Positions 39,635 to 50,230 of a DNA stretch of 64,000 nt are shown one piece after another. A program made the translations under genes and the position numbers. Source of the DNA: Alphaproteobacteria bacterium. GTDB taxonomy: Bacteria; Pseudomonadota; Alphaproteobacteria; UBA6615. How positions within the stretch are numbered: position 1 is the first letter of the stretch; each line of letters opens with the position of its first letter. The stretch is taken from NCBI GenBank assembly GCA_965205535.1, contig CBDBHH010000005.1, positions 266,712-330,711 of the forward strand, in the 5' to 3' direction. Below the pieces are notes generated by a model. That model had not been told where the DNA came from. It saw nothing but the letters and a program-made list of their open reading frames with translations, and did no database searches.

Positions 39635-40254
39635 TTCTGCGGTACTTCGCCCGGAATATGCGCAAAAGCCTCTTCCGGCACGAAATCGAGTTGCCCCGAG
39701 CCCCCGGGCTTCAGCCAGTAGAGCTCCAACGTCGAAGTGACGCGTTTCTCGAAATAGAGCAGATGCAACGGGTACCAGCCCGGCGTCTTGATTTCGACGG
39801 GCGTGAGTTCCGAAAACCGGTCGCTGTGGACATCGGGATCATGGACAATCCGGACCCCGCCGATCTTCAGATCGACCCCGTCGTTGGACCGCATGGCAAC
39901 GGTATAGGTGCCGGCTGCAGGAAAATTGATGTAGCCACGAATATCTGCACCGACCTCGTCCACGCGACCGCTGGTCAGCACATCACCGTCGCCCACGAAA
40001 TAGTCGAGAATCAGGATCGGCTCACCCTTTTCACCGTCCTTGTATTTCGCCCAGTCCGGAATTTCGTCGGTGTGGTTGAACTCATTGTAATAATACGTCA
40101 CGGCCAACCCGGGCTGGAGCGCGCCGGTCGACGGCTGCGGTGCGGCTGGCTGAAGCCCGGTCACGAGGTCGGCGGCCGACCCTTCCGTTGCGCCGAAAGT
40201 CAGGCTGCCGGCCAGCAACGCCGCGGCGATCACCGTGTCGAACCTGAACCGCAT
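39631..40254 (-). CDS. secreted PA14-like domain protein
   Basis: Signal peptide (AAALLAGSLTFGATEGSAA), then PA14/GLEYA-like segment YINFPAAGTYTVAMRSNDGVDLKIGG. Confidence 0.5.
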   Translation of the reverse strand: MRFRFDTVIAAALLAGSLTFGATEGSAADLVTGLQPAAPQPSTGALQPGLAVTYYYNEFNHTDEIPDWAKYKDGEKGEPILILDYFVGDGDVLTSGRVDEVGADIRGYINFPAAGTYTVAMRSNDGVDLKIGGVRIVHDPDVHSDRFSELTPVEIKTPGWYPLHLLYFEKRVTSTLELYWLKPGGSGQLDFVPEEAFAHIPGEVPQN

Positions 40255-40556
40255 CAGTGCCCCCCGTCGGGGTTACCAAACGTCCAGTTCCAGGGACGAA
40301 TTTCGACTTTGGTGAAGAGCCCGGCCAGTGAATAGGGATCGTCGGCCGCGAAATCATGCACCTTCTCGATATCATCTGCCTCGACCACGATGAGTGAACC
40401 CGTGACACGCGATCCGTCCTCGCTCGGGGTCGGCCCGGCCAGATGCAGCTTTACGTCCTTGCCGTGTGCACGCAGATAATCGAGATGAACCTCGCGCGTC
40501 TCGTTGCGTAATTCGATACCGTCTTCCTTGTCGGTATTGACGATGATGAAATGCAT
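40254..40556 (-). CDS. YciI-family protein
   Basis: 100 aa Dabb/YciI-like; stop/start overlap (TGATG) with the downstream PA14 gene. Confidence 0.7.
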   Translation of the reverse strand: MHFIIVNTDKEDGIELRNETREVHLDYLRAHGKDVKLHLAGPTPSEDGSRVTGSLIVVEADDIEKVHDFAADDPYSLAGLFTKVEIRPWNWTFGNPDGGH

Positions 40557-40595
40557 GAAAGCCTCCCTGTCCCGGTTTGTCTTGTATGCGCCAGA

Positions 40596-41801
40596 CTACT
40601 TCACGCGCTCGAGTACGGTCGCGATGCCCTGACCGACACCGATGCACATGGTGCAGAGCGCGTACCTGGCATCGCGATCCTTGAGCTCGTAGGCCGCCGT
40701 GGTCGCCAGACGCGCACCGCTCGCCCCGAGCGGATGGCCGATCGAAATGGCACCGCCATTGGGATTCACATGCTCGGCATCATCGGCGAGCCCAAGATCG
40801 CGGGTCACCGCGAGCGCCTGCGCGGCGAAGGCCTCGTTCAGCTCGATCACATCGATATCGCCAATCTTTAGACCGAGGCGCTCCAGCAGCTTGTGGGTGG
40901 CCGGTGCCGGCCCAAATCCCATGATCCGCGGCGGAACACCTGCGGTCGCCGTTCCCACAACGCGCGCGATGGGCGTGAGGCCGTATTTTTCAACGGCTTC
41001 TTCCGACGCGATGATCATGGCGCAAGCACCATCATTCACACCCGACGCGTTGCCCGCCGTGACGGTCCCGCCTTCGCGGAACGGCGTCGGCAGCTTTTCC
41101 AGGCCCGCCATATCCGTGCCGGGTCGCGGGTGTTCATCCGTATCGACCACCACCGGGTCGCCGCGGCGCTGCGGCACCTCGACGGACACGATCTCCTGCG
41201 CGAAGCGTCCGCGCTCCTGGGCCGCTTTCGTGCGCTGCTGCGAGCGGAAGGCCAGCGCATCCTGGTCGGCGCGCGACACCTGGAATTCCTCGGCCACGTT
41301 CTCCGCCGTCTCGGGCATCGCATCGATGCCGTACTCGGCCTTCATCTTCGGATTAACGAAACGCCAGCCGATGGTCGTGTCTTCGACCTGACTGGCGCGT
41401 GAGAATGCACTGGTCGCCTTCGGCATCACGAAAGGCGCGCGCGACATGCTCTCCACGCCGCCGGCGACAATCAGATCGGCCTCGCCGGTGCGAATTGCGC
41501 GGGACGCGGCCGTCAGCGCCTCGAGGCCGGAGCCGCAAAGCCGGTTCACGGTCGCGCCCGGAACGTCGGATGAATATCCCGCCAGCAACAGGGACATCCG
41601 CGCGACATTGCGGTTGTCCTCGCCCGCCTGGTTGACGTTGCCGTAATAAACCTCGTCGACCTTGTCCCAGTCGACGCCGGGGTTTCGGTCCACCAGCGCC
41701 TTCATGGGAATCGCGCCCAGATCATCCGTCCTTACGCTCGACAAGGAACCGCCATAGCATCCGAATGGTGTGCGAACCGCGTCACAGATATAGGCTTCGG
41801 G
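40596..41801 (-). CDS. acetyl-CoA C-acyltransferase / beta-ketothiolase
   Basis: Thiolase active-site regions (NRLCGSGLEA, GAISIGHPLGASGAR, CIGVGQG). The start was set at MPEAYICDAVRTPFG (ATG 41801), preceded by AGGAGAGAAATA. Confidence 0.85.
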   Translation of the reverse strand, partial: PEAYICDAVRTPFGCYGGSLSSVRTDDLGAIPMKALVDRNPGVDWDKVDEVYYGNVNQAGEDNRNVARMSLLLAGYSSDVPGATVNRLCGSGLEALTAASRAIRTGEADLIVAGGVESMSRAPFVMPKATSAFSRASQVEDTTIGWRFVNPKMKAEYGIDAMPETAENVAEEFQVSRADQDALAFRSQQRTKAAQERGRFAQEIVSVEVPQRRGDPVVVDTDEHPRPGTDMAGLEKLPTPFREGGTVTAGNASGVNDGACAMIIASEEAVEKYGLTPIARVVGTATAGVPPRIMGFGPAPATHKLLERLGLKIGDIDVIELNEAFAAQALAVTRDLGLADDAEHVNPNGGAISIGHPLGASGARLATTAAYELKDRDARYALCTMCIGVGQGIATVLERVK

Positions 41802-41971
41802 CATTATTTCTCTCCTGCTTTTAGGCTGCGAAACTATTGCATACGAAAATGCCCGCACATAGACCGGCTAAGCAGCCGGGGCCGCTCGGGGTTCGCCATG
41901 CGAACCTTTGCCGTCGCGCACCCAAGAGAATGTGATTACGCCCGGCCCGCGGGCCAACCTATGTTGAGATC

Positions 41972-43399
41972 ATGCTGGACCTGCCTCAGTCGATACGAAC
42001 GGCCTTGCTCACCGGGGCGCTGCTCGTCGCGGTTGGCGCGTTTATCGCGAACCCCGCCACCGCCCAGAATCAGTCCGGCAGCCCCGCACCGTCCGTCCCG
42101 GGCGCCGAGCTCAGCAATCAGGAAGTTCGCGCGCTGGCGCGCCAAATCCTCCAGGTCGGCACGCTCGAACGTAACGGCCTGATGGCACGCCTCGTGGACC
42201 GGGGAAATACCGACGTGGTGCCGGCACTGATCCAGTCTCTCAGATTTCTCAGGCACGACCCGTGGACCATCACGGGAGCGCTGGACTCGCTCACCGGAAC
42301 GTCGAACGGCACCAGCTGGAACAAGTGGATGCTGTGGCAGGAGGGCCGTCCGGATATCGTGCCCTTTGACGGTTTCGATGAGTTCAAGTCCTGGGTCTAT
42401 TCCAACATCGACCCCAATCTCGGCGCGTTCTTCTATGCCGGCATACCGCACACAATCCGGCTCGAGGAGATCACCTGGGGCGGCGTCGTCAAGGACGGCA
42501 TTCCGGCACTGGTCAATCCGAAGCTGATCGCGCCCGCCGAGGCCGACTACATCACCCCCGGCGAGCTTGTGTTCGGTGTCGAGATCACCGGCGATGCGCG
42601 TGCCTATCCGCTGCGGATGATGGACTGGCACGAAATGTTCAACGACGTGATCGGCGGCGTGCCGGTGGCGCTCGCCTATTGCACCCTTTGCGGCTCGGGC
42701 ATCCTGTTCGAGACCGCCGTCGCCGGGCGCGACGCGCCGTTCGAGTTCGGTTCATCCGGTTTCCTGTATCGATCCAACAAGCTCATGTTCGACCGGGAAA
42801 CGGACACCCTCTGGAACCAGTTCACAGGCAAGCCCGTCGCAGGAAAGCTGGTGGGATCCGACATCGAGCTGAATATCCGCCCGGTGGCGATCACGAGCTG
42901 GGCAAAATGGGTCGCACGCCATCCGGACACGAGGGTGCTGTCCCTGGACACCGGCTATGAGCGGGACTACACGCCTGGCAAGCCCTACGCCGCCTATTTC
43001 GAAAGCCCCGATCTGATGTTCCCGGCCCGGGTCCACGACACCCGCCTGGCGGCCAAGGACTACGTCTTCGCCCTGCGCACGGGCGACGCCGAGAAGGCCT
43101 GGGCACTCGACATTTTCGAGGACCAGCCGGTCCTGAACGACACGATCGATGGCCGCGCGGTTGTCCTGATCGGTGACCCCGGCTCTCGCACCGTCCGCGC
43201 CTACGAGGCCGGCGGCAAGGAATTCACGGCGCACACGGAAGATCCTGAAATCCTGACCTCCGCCGGCGGCGACTGGCGGGTGACCGAAGATGCGCTGGTC
43301 TCTGCCGACGGCGCGACACTGGCCCGAATGCCGGGGCACATTGCCTACTGGTTCGCCTGGCAGAATTTCCGTCCGGGTGCGGAAACCCGCTTCGAGTAA
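41972..43399 (+). CDS. secreted DUF3179-family protein
   Basis: 475 aa with a signal peptide; the conserved DUF3179 core was recognised from memory around GIPALVNPKLI...VFGVEITGDARAYPL...DVIGGVPVALAYCTLCGSG. Confidence 0.5.
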   Translation: MLDLPQSIRTALLTGALLVAVGAFIANPATAQNQSGSPAPSVPGAELSNQEVRALARQILQVGTLERNGLMARLVDRGNTDVVPALIQSLRFLRHDPWTITGALDSLTGTSNGTSWNKWMLWQEGRPDIVPFDGFDEFKSWVYSNIDPNLGAFFYAGIPHTIRLEEITWGGVVKDGIPALVNPKLIAPAEADYITPGELVFGVEITGDARAYPLRMMDWHEMFNDVIGGVPVALAYCTLCGSGILFETAVAGRDAPFEFGSSGFLYRSNKLMFDRETDTLWNQFTGKPVAGKLVGSDIELNIRPVAITSWAKWVARHPDTRVLSLDTGYERDYTPGKPYAAYFESPDLMFPARVHDTRLAAKDYVFALRTGDAEKAWALDIFEDQPVLNDTIDGRAVVLIGDPGSRTVRAYEAGGKEFTAHTEDPEILTSAGGDWRVTEDALVSADGATLARMPGHIAYWFAWQNFRPGAETRFE

Positions 43400-43515
43400 G
43401 GGTTTCGGCCCCAGCGTCACGGCAACGCATGGCTGCGGCAACGAAATCGCGACTCCCGCCGTTCCGGGCTTTGGTCTAGGCTTTCGCAAACGCGATCAAG
43501 CCGAAGAGGAAGCCG

Positions 43516-44118
43516 ATGAAGACCACCAATTTCACGCCCGAGGAGATGGAGGCGCGGGTCGCGCGCTTCGACAAGATCAAACCCCAGTCCAGCAGCTACG
43601 ACGCCGAGGTGGGCATCCCGAAGGAAGTCTACGAGATGATGACCGCGCGCTCGCTCTACCTGCTGATGTCGCCGGAAAACCAGGGCGGGCCCATGGCCCA
43701 GAACCCGGCGGTGACGACCCAGGACATGATGAGCGTGATCATCGCCGAATGTCCGCCGGGCGACGGCCCCCTGCTCCACGCCCATCAGTTCACCCGCGAG
43801 ACCTTCTTCTGCCTCAACGGCCGGTTCAAGATTCAGTGGGGCGATGAGGGCGAGAACGAGCTGTTCCTCGACCCCCTCGACATGATCGCGGTGCCGCCCG
43901 GGGTGGTGCGCCGGTTCGAGAATGTCAGCGACGAGACCGCGCGCCTGCTGGTCTGGATCAACGGCGATTCCGAGGAAGCCTTCAACGATATCGACCACCC
44001 GCAGATCGAGGCGGACCGGCTCACCGAGAAGTTCGGCGACGAAACGCTGGAGAAATTGCGCGGCATCGGCGTCAGCTTCGAAGCCGGCGTCGAGGACGGC
44101 CGCGACGCGGCGGAGTAG
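43516..44118 (+). CDS. cupin-domain protein
   Basis: 200 aa; cupin motifs (PGDGPLLHAHQFTRETFFCLNGRFKIQWGDEG...AVPPGVVRRFEN). Confidence 0.6.
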   Translation: MKTTNFTPEEMEARVARFDKIKPQSSSYDAEVGIPKEVYEMMTARSLYLLMSPENQGGPMAQNPAVTTQDMMSVIIAECPPGDGPLLHAHQFTRETFFCLNGRFKIQWGDEGENELFLDPLDMIAVPPGVVRRFENVSDETARLLVWINGDSEEAFNDIDHPQIEADRLTEKFGDETLEKLRGIGVSFEAGVEDGRDAAE

Positions 44119-44133
44119 CCGCGCTCATCCCAC

Positions 44134-44163
44134 AAAAAAAGGGCGCCTCAAAGCGCCCTTTTT
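44134..44163. terminator. bidirectional intrinsic terminator (A-run, gggcgc-ctcaaa-gcgccc, T-run)
   Basis: aaaaaaagggcgcctcaaagcgcccttttt between convergent genes; the stop codon of the minus-strand OYE gene lies inside the stem. Confidence 0.65.
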
Positions 44164-45359
44164 CGTATCCGTATCCCGGGATACTCAGCTCTCGACACCG
44201 TCCCGGGCCTCGACCGGGCGGCGGGAATTCCCGTCGGGTTTTCGGCCCAGAAGGCATCATTGCAGTCGATCGTGGCGTACGGCATGACCATGGCCGGGTT
44301 GAACGCATAGGGTTCCTCGCCCGCCGCGATCTTCCGGGGCCATTCCGGATCGGCCAGCGCACCCTTGGCGATGGCGACGAAATCCCCCTCTTCCTCGACA
44401 ATCGCACGATCGGCCAGTGCCGGGTCGTGCAGCTTGCCGTTGGCGAACACCGGTAGGCCGGAATGGCGTCGCGCGAGACCCGACAGGGAATGGTCGGTGC
44501 CGAACACATGGTCGAGGCCCAGATGGGCGCTGCAGTCGAAGAAATCGATCCCGGTGGCGGCAATCGAGGAGAACACCACCTTGGCGTCGTCATCGCCGCC
44601 GGGCCAGACATAGGTCAGATCGTTGACCTTGGTCTGTGAAATGCGCACGCCCACGGGCACATCCGGGGCCGCGTCGCGCACCGACTGCATCACCTCGCAA
44701 TGGTATTTCACGCGGTTCTCGATCGGCCCGCCATATTCGTCCTCGCGCAGATTGGTGTGCACGGTCAGGAACTGGTCGGGCAGGTAGCCGTTGGCGCCAT
44801 GTACCTCGATGCCGTCGAAACCGACCTCCACGGCGCGCCGCGCGGCATGGCCGAAATCCTCGACAACCTGGGCCATCTCGTCCCGCGTGATCTCCCGCGG
44901 GGTCTGGAAGCCCGTACCCGCACTGCGATAGCGCGGAATCTGCTCCCCGATAGGCGTCACGGCGGAGGCCGAGATCGACCCCTCGACCCAGTTATTGCCC
45001 TGGTTGATGGCGCCGCAATGAAAGATCTGCATGAAGATCGGCACACCCTCGGCATGCACCGCATCGACGACCTTGCGCCAGCTTTCGGCCTGTTCGTCCG
45101 TCGCGATACCCGGCTGGTAGGTGTAGCCCTGACTGTATTTGAGGTCGATATAGACGCCCTCTGTCATCACCATGCCCCAGCCACCGCGCGCGAAACGGCC
45201 GTAATACTCGGCCATCTGGTCGGTGACGATACCGTCCTGGGTCGCGCTGGTGCGCGTCATCGGCGAGACAATGCAACGGTTCGCGAACTTGACGCCCTTA
45301 AGCTCTCCTGCCTCGAAAATATGCGGGTGCTTGTCTACGCCCGGTCCACTCAACGTCAT
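44148..45359 (-). CDS. NADH:flavin oxidoreductase, Old Yellow Enzyme family
   Basis: 403 aa; OYE TIM-barrel motifs (HGANGYLPDQFL, substrate-binding His/Asn region MQIFHCGAI). Confidence 0.8.
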   Translation of the reverse strand: MTLSGPGVDKHPHIFEAGELKGVKFANRCIVSPMTRTSATQDGIVTDQMAEYYGRFARGGWGMVMTEGVYIDLKYSQGYTYQPGIATDEQAESWRKVVDAVHAEGVPIFMQIFHCGAINQGNNWVEGSISASAVTPIGEQIPRYRSAGTGFQTPREITRDEMAQVVEDFGHAARRAVEVGFDGIEVHGANGYLPDQFLTVHTNLREDEYGGPIENRVKYHCEVMQSVRDAAPDVPVGVRISQTKVNDLTYVWPGGDDDAKVVFSSIAATGIDFFDCSAHLGLDHVFGTDHSLSGLARRHSGLPVFANGKLHDPALADRAIVEEEGDFVAIAKGALADPEWPRKIAAGEEPYAFNPAMVMPYATIDCNDAFWAENPTGIPAARSRPGTVSRAEYPGIRIRKRAL

Positions 45360-45400
45360 TGTTTGATCCCCTTCAGAGACTGCGGTTGCGGTCTTTCGTT

Positions 45401-46246
45401 CTATTTTTCAATCGGCACGCCGACCAGGCTGCCCCATTCGGTCCACGATCCGTCATAGCTGCGCACGCTGTCATAGCCGAGCAGCTGGGTCATGGTGAAA
45501 TAACAAAGGGTCGCGCGGTGGCTGAGCCGGCAATAGGAAATCACATCCTTGTCCGGCGTAGCACCCACGCCCTCAAGCAAGCTGCGAAGCTCGCCTTCCT
45601 CACGGAATGTCATGTCGTCATTCAGCAGTTCATCGAAGAACAGATGCTTCGACCCCGGAATGCGTCCGGCCCGCTCCGCGCCGACATCGGGCGCGCCGAT
45701 CATGTTGACCCGTTCGCCGTTATATTCCTCGGGCGAACGATGATCGATCAGGGCGGTCTTGCCACCGGCCTTCACGTCGTCGAGGCGTTCGAGAATATTG
45801 GTGAACCGTGCGCGCATATGATCATTGCGGCTCGTGCCCGGCGTATAGGTCGTGGGTGTCGGCGTGGGCACATCGGTCGTGGTCGGGCGCCCTTCCTTCT
45901 CCCACAACACGCGGGCACCATTCAGAAGGCGCACATCCTTGTGGCCCAGATAGGTAAACACCCACCAGCCGTAGGTGCCGAACTGTACCGGATCGCCATA
46001 GCAGACAACGGTCGTATCGTTGGAAATGCCGAGTTCACCGCAGCGTTTCGCAAACAGCTCCGGCGACGGGAAATCCCGGATGTCGTCGTCCCACAAAAAA
46101 TCCTTCCAGAAGAAGCCGTGGGCGCCGGGGATATGCCAGGCGTCGTAGGATTCCGTGCCGTTCCAGTTGAACTCCAGGATCACCACGTTCGGGTCGTCGA
46201 GATGCTCTTCGAGCCACGCGGGCTCCACCAACCTGTCCGATGCCAT
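45401..46246 (-). CDS. rhodanese-family sulfurtransferase (thiosulfate/3-mercaptopyruvate type, two rhodanese domains)
   Basis: 281 aa; tandem rhodanese domains with active-site Cys in ISYCRLSHRATL. Confidence 0.8.
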   Translation of the reverse strand: MASDRLVEPAWLEEHLDDPNVVILEFNWNGTESYDAWHIPGAHGFFWKDFLWDDDIRDFPSPELFAKRCGELGISNDTTVVCYGDPVQFGTYGWWVFTYLGHKDVRLLNGARVLWEKEGRPTTTDVPTPTPTTYTPGTSRNDHMRARFTNILERLDDVKAGGKTALIDHRSPEEYNGERVNMIGAPDVGAERAGRIPGSKHLFFDELLNDDMTFREEGELRSLLEGVGATPDKDVISYCRLSHRATLCYFTMTQLLGYDSVRSYDGSWTEWGSLVGVPIEK

Positions 46247-46348
46247 CTGTCTCTCCCCCGTATTTTTTGCGCAATGTTAGACTGGTCGCGATGTAACAGC
46301 GCCGGACGACGAAAATCAATCGCGGCGGCCCCATTGCTTTGAAGGAAC

Positions 46349-47251
46349 TTGAACATGTCGATCCAGACCATCGGAGTTGTCAGCACCGGCGACATGGGCC
46401 ACGCGGTCGGCCGCACCCTGCGCGAAGGCGGGTTCACGGTCCTCACAGCACTGGAAGGCCGCAGCGAACGGTCCCGCGGACTGGCCGCGCAGGCCGGGAT
46501 CGAGGATGCCGGTGATCTTGCCTCTCTGGTCGAACGGGTCGACCTCCTGATGTCGGTGATGCCGCCCGCCGTCGCGATCAATTTCGCGCAGAAGGCTGCC
46601 GAAATATTGTCACGAGCGGACGCCGCACCCCTGTTCATCGACTGCAACGCCATTGCGCCCGCAACCAGCCAGGCCATCGCCGGCATCATTCAGGGTGCGG
46701 GAGCCGAATATCTCGACGGCGGTATTATCGGCGCACCGCCCGGACGCAGTGCGGCGACACGGCTTTACGTCAGCGGTGATCACCCTGAACGCCTCGATGC
46801 ACTGGCCAGACCGGATCTGATCATTCGTACGCTGGACGGCGGCTTGGGCGCCGCGTCGGCCATCAAGATGTGCTACGCGGCCCTGAACAAGGGCGCCATG
46901 ACCCTCGAAGCACTCGTTCTTACGGGTGCACAACAGCTCGGACTGTCGGCCGAACTGCATCAGGAACTTTCGGAAAGTCAGAGCCAGGTGCTGGCGCGCA
47001 TGGAACGCCGGGTGCCATGGCTGGCGGCGGACGCCGAACGCTGGTCGGGCGAAATGCTGGAGATCGCAAAGACGTTCGCTGATGTGGGGCTCACGCCGCT
47101 GATTCATGAGGGGGCCGCGGATGTGTTTCAGCTGTTGGCCGAATCATCACTGGCATCAGAGACCCGCGAGACCGCCGACCGATCGCGAAACCTCGACGAG
47201 GCGATCGCCGCGTTTTCGGCTAGTCTTTCCGCCCGCGGCGCTGCGAACTAG
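46349..47251 (+). CDS. NAD(P)-binding oxidoreductase of the 6-phosphogluconate-dehydrogenase-like (DUF1932-type) family
   Basis: N-terminal Rossmann motif IGVVSTGDMGHAVG; 300 aa. Confidence 0.55.
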   Translation: MNMSIQTIGVVSTGDMGHAVGRTLREGGFTVLTALEGRSERSRGLAAQAGIEDAGDLASLVERVDLLMSVMPPAVAINFAQKAAEILSRADAAPLFIDCNAIAPATSQAIAGIIQGAGAEYLDGGIIGAPPGRSAATRLYVSGDHPERLDALARPDLIIRTLDGGLGAASAIKMCYAALNKGAMTLEALVLTGAQQLGLSAELHQELSESQSQVLARMERRVPWLAADAERWSGEMLEIAKTFADVGLTPLIHEGAADVFQLLAESSLASETRETADRSRNLDEAIAAFSASLSARGAAN

Positions 47252-47738
47252 AACCTTTCGACGCATTCCCGCCGCGCCCACCAGCAGCGCGTGACGCGGT
47301 CGCCCGCGCTGCGGCGCCACCACGACCCGTTTTGCGCAAATATTTAAGCAGGGCGTTCATCTCACGCCGCTCGAAGCGAAGCTCCTCTTCCGCCTTGGCC
47401 TCGCCCCGCACCGCGCGGATCTGCTGATCGAGCTGGTTGATCACATTCTCGATCGCCCGCGTCACTTCGTTGACCTGGCTCTTGTCGCGACAGCGGAGCA
47501 CAACCTCCTGATTCATCATCAGATCGGAGAACGCATCGGCATCACTATCCGCGAGCCGCGTCAGGGTGCGGTCGACCTCGGTCCAGGCGGAACGCCAGTC
47601 GGCATAGACTGTCGGCGCTTTCGCACGGCCGCGCGCGCGGGCCACGGTCTCCAGCTGAACCATGATCCTGACAAACTGCCAAACGATGATGCGTAATTCG
47701 CTCGACGCAGCACCGCCTTCCGCGTTGGGTTTGTTCAT
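47220..47738 (-). CDS. hypothetical protein with basic Gly/Arg-rich C-terminal tail
   Basis: The start was chosen at MNKPNAEGG (ATG 47738); no recognisable motif; overlaps neighbours by a few nt. Confidence 0.35.
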   Translation of the reverse strand: MNKPNAEGGAASSELRIIVWQFVRIMVQLETVARARGRAKAPTVYADWRSAWTEVDRTLTRLADSDADAFSDLMMNQEVVLRCRDKSQVNEVTRAIENVINQLDQQIRAVRGEAKAEEELRFERREMNALLKYLRKTGRGGAAARATASRAAGGRGGNASKGSSSQRRGRKD

Positions 47739-48367
47739 TCGGGTGTTTCCTCGCGCAGGCGGCCCCGGACGGGTCCGCAGTCGGCGCAGTAGCAATCCTT
47801 GAGGCGTCGCCGGGGGCGGCGAACATAGTGATAGGCCTGCGCACAACCGGTGCAGCGCCAGATGATCTTCGCGTTGGCCTCGCGCGACAGGTACGGAATG
47901 CGATGGCGCACGTTCGGGACTTCGCCGAGAAGACGCATCATCTCGCGCCAGGGCGCGCCATGGCGGCACGGCCGTTCATGGAACAGATCCGCCAGCACAT
48001 GGGCACATTCATGCAGAAAGGTCGCATCGCGGTCTTCCTCGCAACCATTCTCCAGCAGGCGGGCGTTCAACACGATACGCCGGTCTGCCGCATAGGCAGC
48101 GCCGGCCAATGTCCGGGCGCGACGGCTGACCACGACGACGCAATCAAGCATCTCTCGAAATGCCGGTCCCTTGTCGGCGGCCTGCGAGAGACGCCCGGCC
48201 AGGCCCCAGCGCTCAGCGATCTCTCGCACCGTGCCAATCTGGCGATGGCCTGTTACGCGCGCGTTGACGGACGCCTCGAGCGCGGCATTCGCGGATGCGT
48301 TAGCGGACAATGGAAATAACCCTCCCGGCCTGCTCCGGATGCGGCAGTTTATCATGGGCGCCCGCAA
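47735..48367 (-). CDS. SprT-like zinc-metallopeptidase-domain protein (start uncertain)
   Basis: HExxH motif FLHECAHVLADLFHE plus C-terminal Cys-rich zinc ribbon (CTGCAQ...CYCADCG). Confidence 0.55.
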   Translation of the reverse strand: MRAPMINCRIRSRPGGLFPLSANASANAALEASVNARVTGHRQIGTVREIAERWGLAGRLSQAADKGPAFREMLDCVVVVSRRARTLAGAAYAADRRIVLNARLLENGCEEDRDATFLHECAHVLADLFHERPCRHGAPWREMMRLLGEVPNVRHRIPYLSREANAKIIWRCTGCAQAYHYVRRPRRRLKDCYCADCGPVRGRLREETPE

Positions 48368-48806
48368 CCGCGTCGAGCCGCGCCAGGACTGCGTCGGGCA
48401 TGGGCGCAGAGCGCCGTTCTGTCATGTCCACATGCAGGCTGATGAGCTCATTGGTCGAAGCGAGGTAGCCCTCATCGGCGTGATACATGAAATGAATGTA
48501 ATGCAGGCGCTTGGCATCATGGGCCAGGAGCTGGGTCTCGAACCGCATGGGAGAGCCGGCCATCAGCTCGCGGTCATACGTGATATGCCCTTCCAGCGTG
48601 AAGGTCGAGGCGTTGCTGGCTTTCAGATAGGCCTCGCCGAGCCCCACAAAGTCGAAAAACGCGTCCGTCGCATGGTCGAAAGCCAGCATGTAGTAGGCCA
48701 AATTCATGTGGCCGTTATAGTCGATCCAGTCCGGCTGCACGCTTTCCCGGTGCAGGGCCAGCGGCGCGGGCATGTTCGCCAGTTCTTCGGGGGTTTGCGC
48801 GGTCAT
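48300..48806 (-). CDS. hotdog-fold acyl-CoA thioesterase (4HBT/YbgC-like)
   Basis: Probable start at MTAQTPEEL; hotdog-like sequence with DYNGHMNLAYYM. Confidence 0.55.
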   Translation of the reverse strand: MTAQTPEELANMPAPLALHRESVQPDWIDYNGHMNLAYYMLAFDHATDAFFDFVGLGEAYLKASNASTFTLEGHITYDRELMAGSPMRFETQLLAHDAKRLHYIHFMYHADEGYLASTNELISLHVDMTERRSAPMPDAVLARLDAVAGAHDKLPHPEQAGRVISIVR

Positions 48807-48869
48807 CCGCGGAGCATAATAGGTTGCTCGTGCTTCGCAAATGCCCGCCGTCATTGGGCAGGTTGACGA

Positions 48870-50213
48870 TCAGGGGTGCAGGCGCAGCCGCCGTCCCATA
48901 TCCGACTGAAACCGCCCGTCCGGGTCAATCCGGGCAAGGACATCGCGGAATTCATCGAGACGCGGGAACATCGCCGCATATGTCTCGGCCGTCATCAGCG
49001 CATCCTTGGCGATATACAATCGCCCGCCATGTTCGAGCGTGATTCGCTCGATCTCCCTGTGCAGGGCCTCGACCCCCGCGCGCCGCGGCAGATCGATGGC
49101 GTAGGCCATGCCCTCCATCGGAAAAGACAGCAGACCCTCACCCGGCCCCCGCATGGGTTTCATGACGGCGGCGAATGAGCCTGCACGCGCGGCGGCAATC
49201 GCCTCCATCACGGCGACGATCCCCTCGCGCTGGGTCTCGCGCGGGAACCCGGTATGCACCGAATAGAAACCGCGCCGCCCATAGACGCGATTGAAGCCCT
49301 CGATATGGTCGAGCGGAAACAGGTAGGGGCGCAGGTGGAGACGCACCGAGCGCCCATCCGGTGGCATCCTGCGATACCGCCGGTCGGTGAACCGGCGCAG
49401 GATCGCAGGGTGGAGAAGGACCGAAGGCGGCTGGATGCGGACTTTTTTGTGGATGGGCGCGGCTGCCACCCCATCGTCGGTCTCGGCCAGATTTCCCAAC
49501 TCCAGGATGCCCCGCCCGAGATGCTTTCCGGTCGCCATCGCATCCACCCATCCAAACAGGAACTCATGGGTCTCGCGCGATGCCTCGATCGTGTCGATCA
49601 TCGCATCCACGTCCGCCAGCGGCCGGAATTGCGCATCGGCCGAATGTGATGGCACCCGCATCAGCCGGAAACAGACACGCAGGATGGTTCCGGTCAGACC
49701 CGCCCCGCCCAGGCTGGCGTGAAAGATATCTGCATTCTCTTCACGTGAGGCGCGAACGAGCTCGCCGCTTGCCAGCATGATATCGATCCAAAGAGCATGA
49801 TCGCCGAAACTGCCGACCCGATGATGGTTCTTGGAATGGATATCATTGGCAAAGGCGCCGCCAACCGTGACGCTGGCGGTCGCCGCGGACACGGGAAAAC
49901 AGAAGCCGGCGGACAAAACCTCATCGAGAAGCATCGAGAAACTGACCCCGGCCTCACAAATGATCTCGCCGGTATCGCGATCGAAGGCGACAACGCGATC
50001 GAGCGCCGCCGTCAGGATCGTCTGACCACCATCGTCCAGTGCTGCGTCGCCGTAACAGCGCCCGCCGCCATAGGTGATCACCCCCCGCGCATGATCGGCG
50101 GTGACGGCGTCGCGCAGGGATTTCTCATCGGCCGGCGCAATGGTCGAGGCGCGCGCAAAGCGTGACCGCCCCCAGGTCGTCAATGTCGTGTCGGTCCAGC
50201 TCAAACCGGTCAC
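48870..50213 (-). CDS. FAD-binding oxidase (FAD_binding_4; D-arabinono-1,4-lactone oxidase / DprE1-like)
   Basis: GGGRCYGDAALDDGG motif and ...HSKNHHRVGSFGD...; the long ORF has a nonsensical N-terminus, so a GTG start at 50213 is proposed. Confidence 0.6.
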   Translation of the reverse strand: MTGLSWTDTTLTTWGRSRFARASTIAPADEKSLRDAVTADHARGVITYGGGRCYGDAALDDGGQTILTAALDRVVAFDRDTGEIICEAGVSFSMLLDEVLSAGFCFPVSAATASVTVGGAFANDIHSKNHHRVGSFGDHALWIDIMLASGELVRASREENADIFHASLGGAGLTGTILRVCFRLMRVPSHSADAQFRPLADVDAMIDTIEASRETHEFLFGWVDAMATGKHLGRGILELGNLAETDDGVAAAPIHKKVRIQPPSVLLHPAILRRFTDRRYRRMPPDGRSVRLHLRPYLFPLDHIEGFNRVYGRRGFYSVHTGFPRETQREGIVAVMEAIAAARAGSFAAVMKPMRGPGEGLLSFPMEGMAYAIDLPRRAGVEALHREIERITLEHGGRLYIAKDALMTAETYAAMFPRLDEFRDVLARIDPDGRFQSDMGRRLRLHP

Positions 50214-50230
50214 CCAGGTTTTTCCAGCGT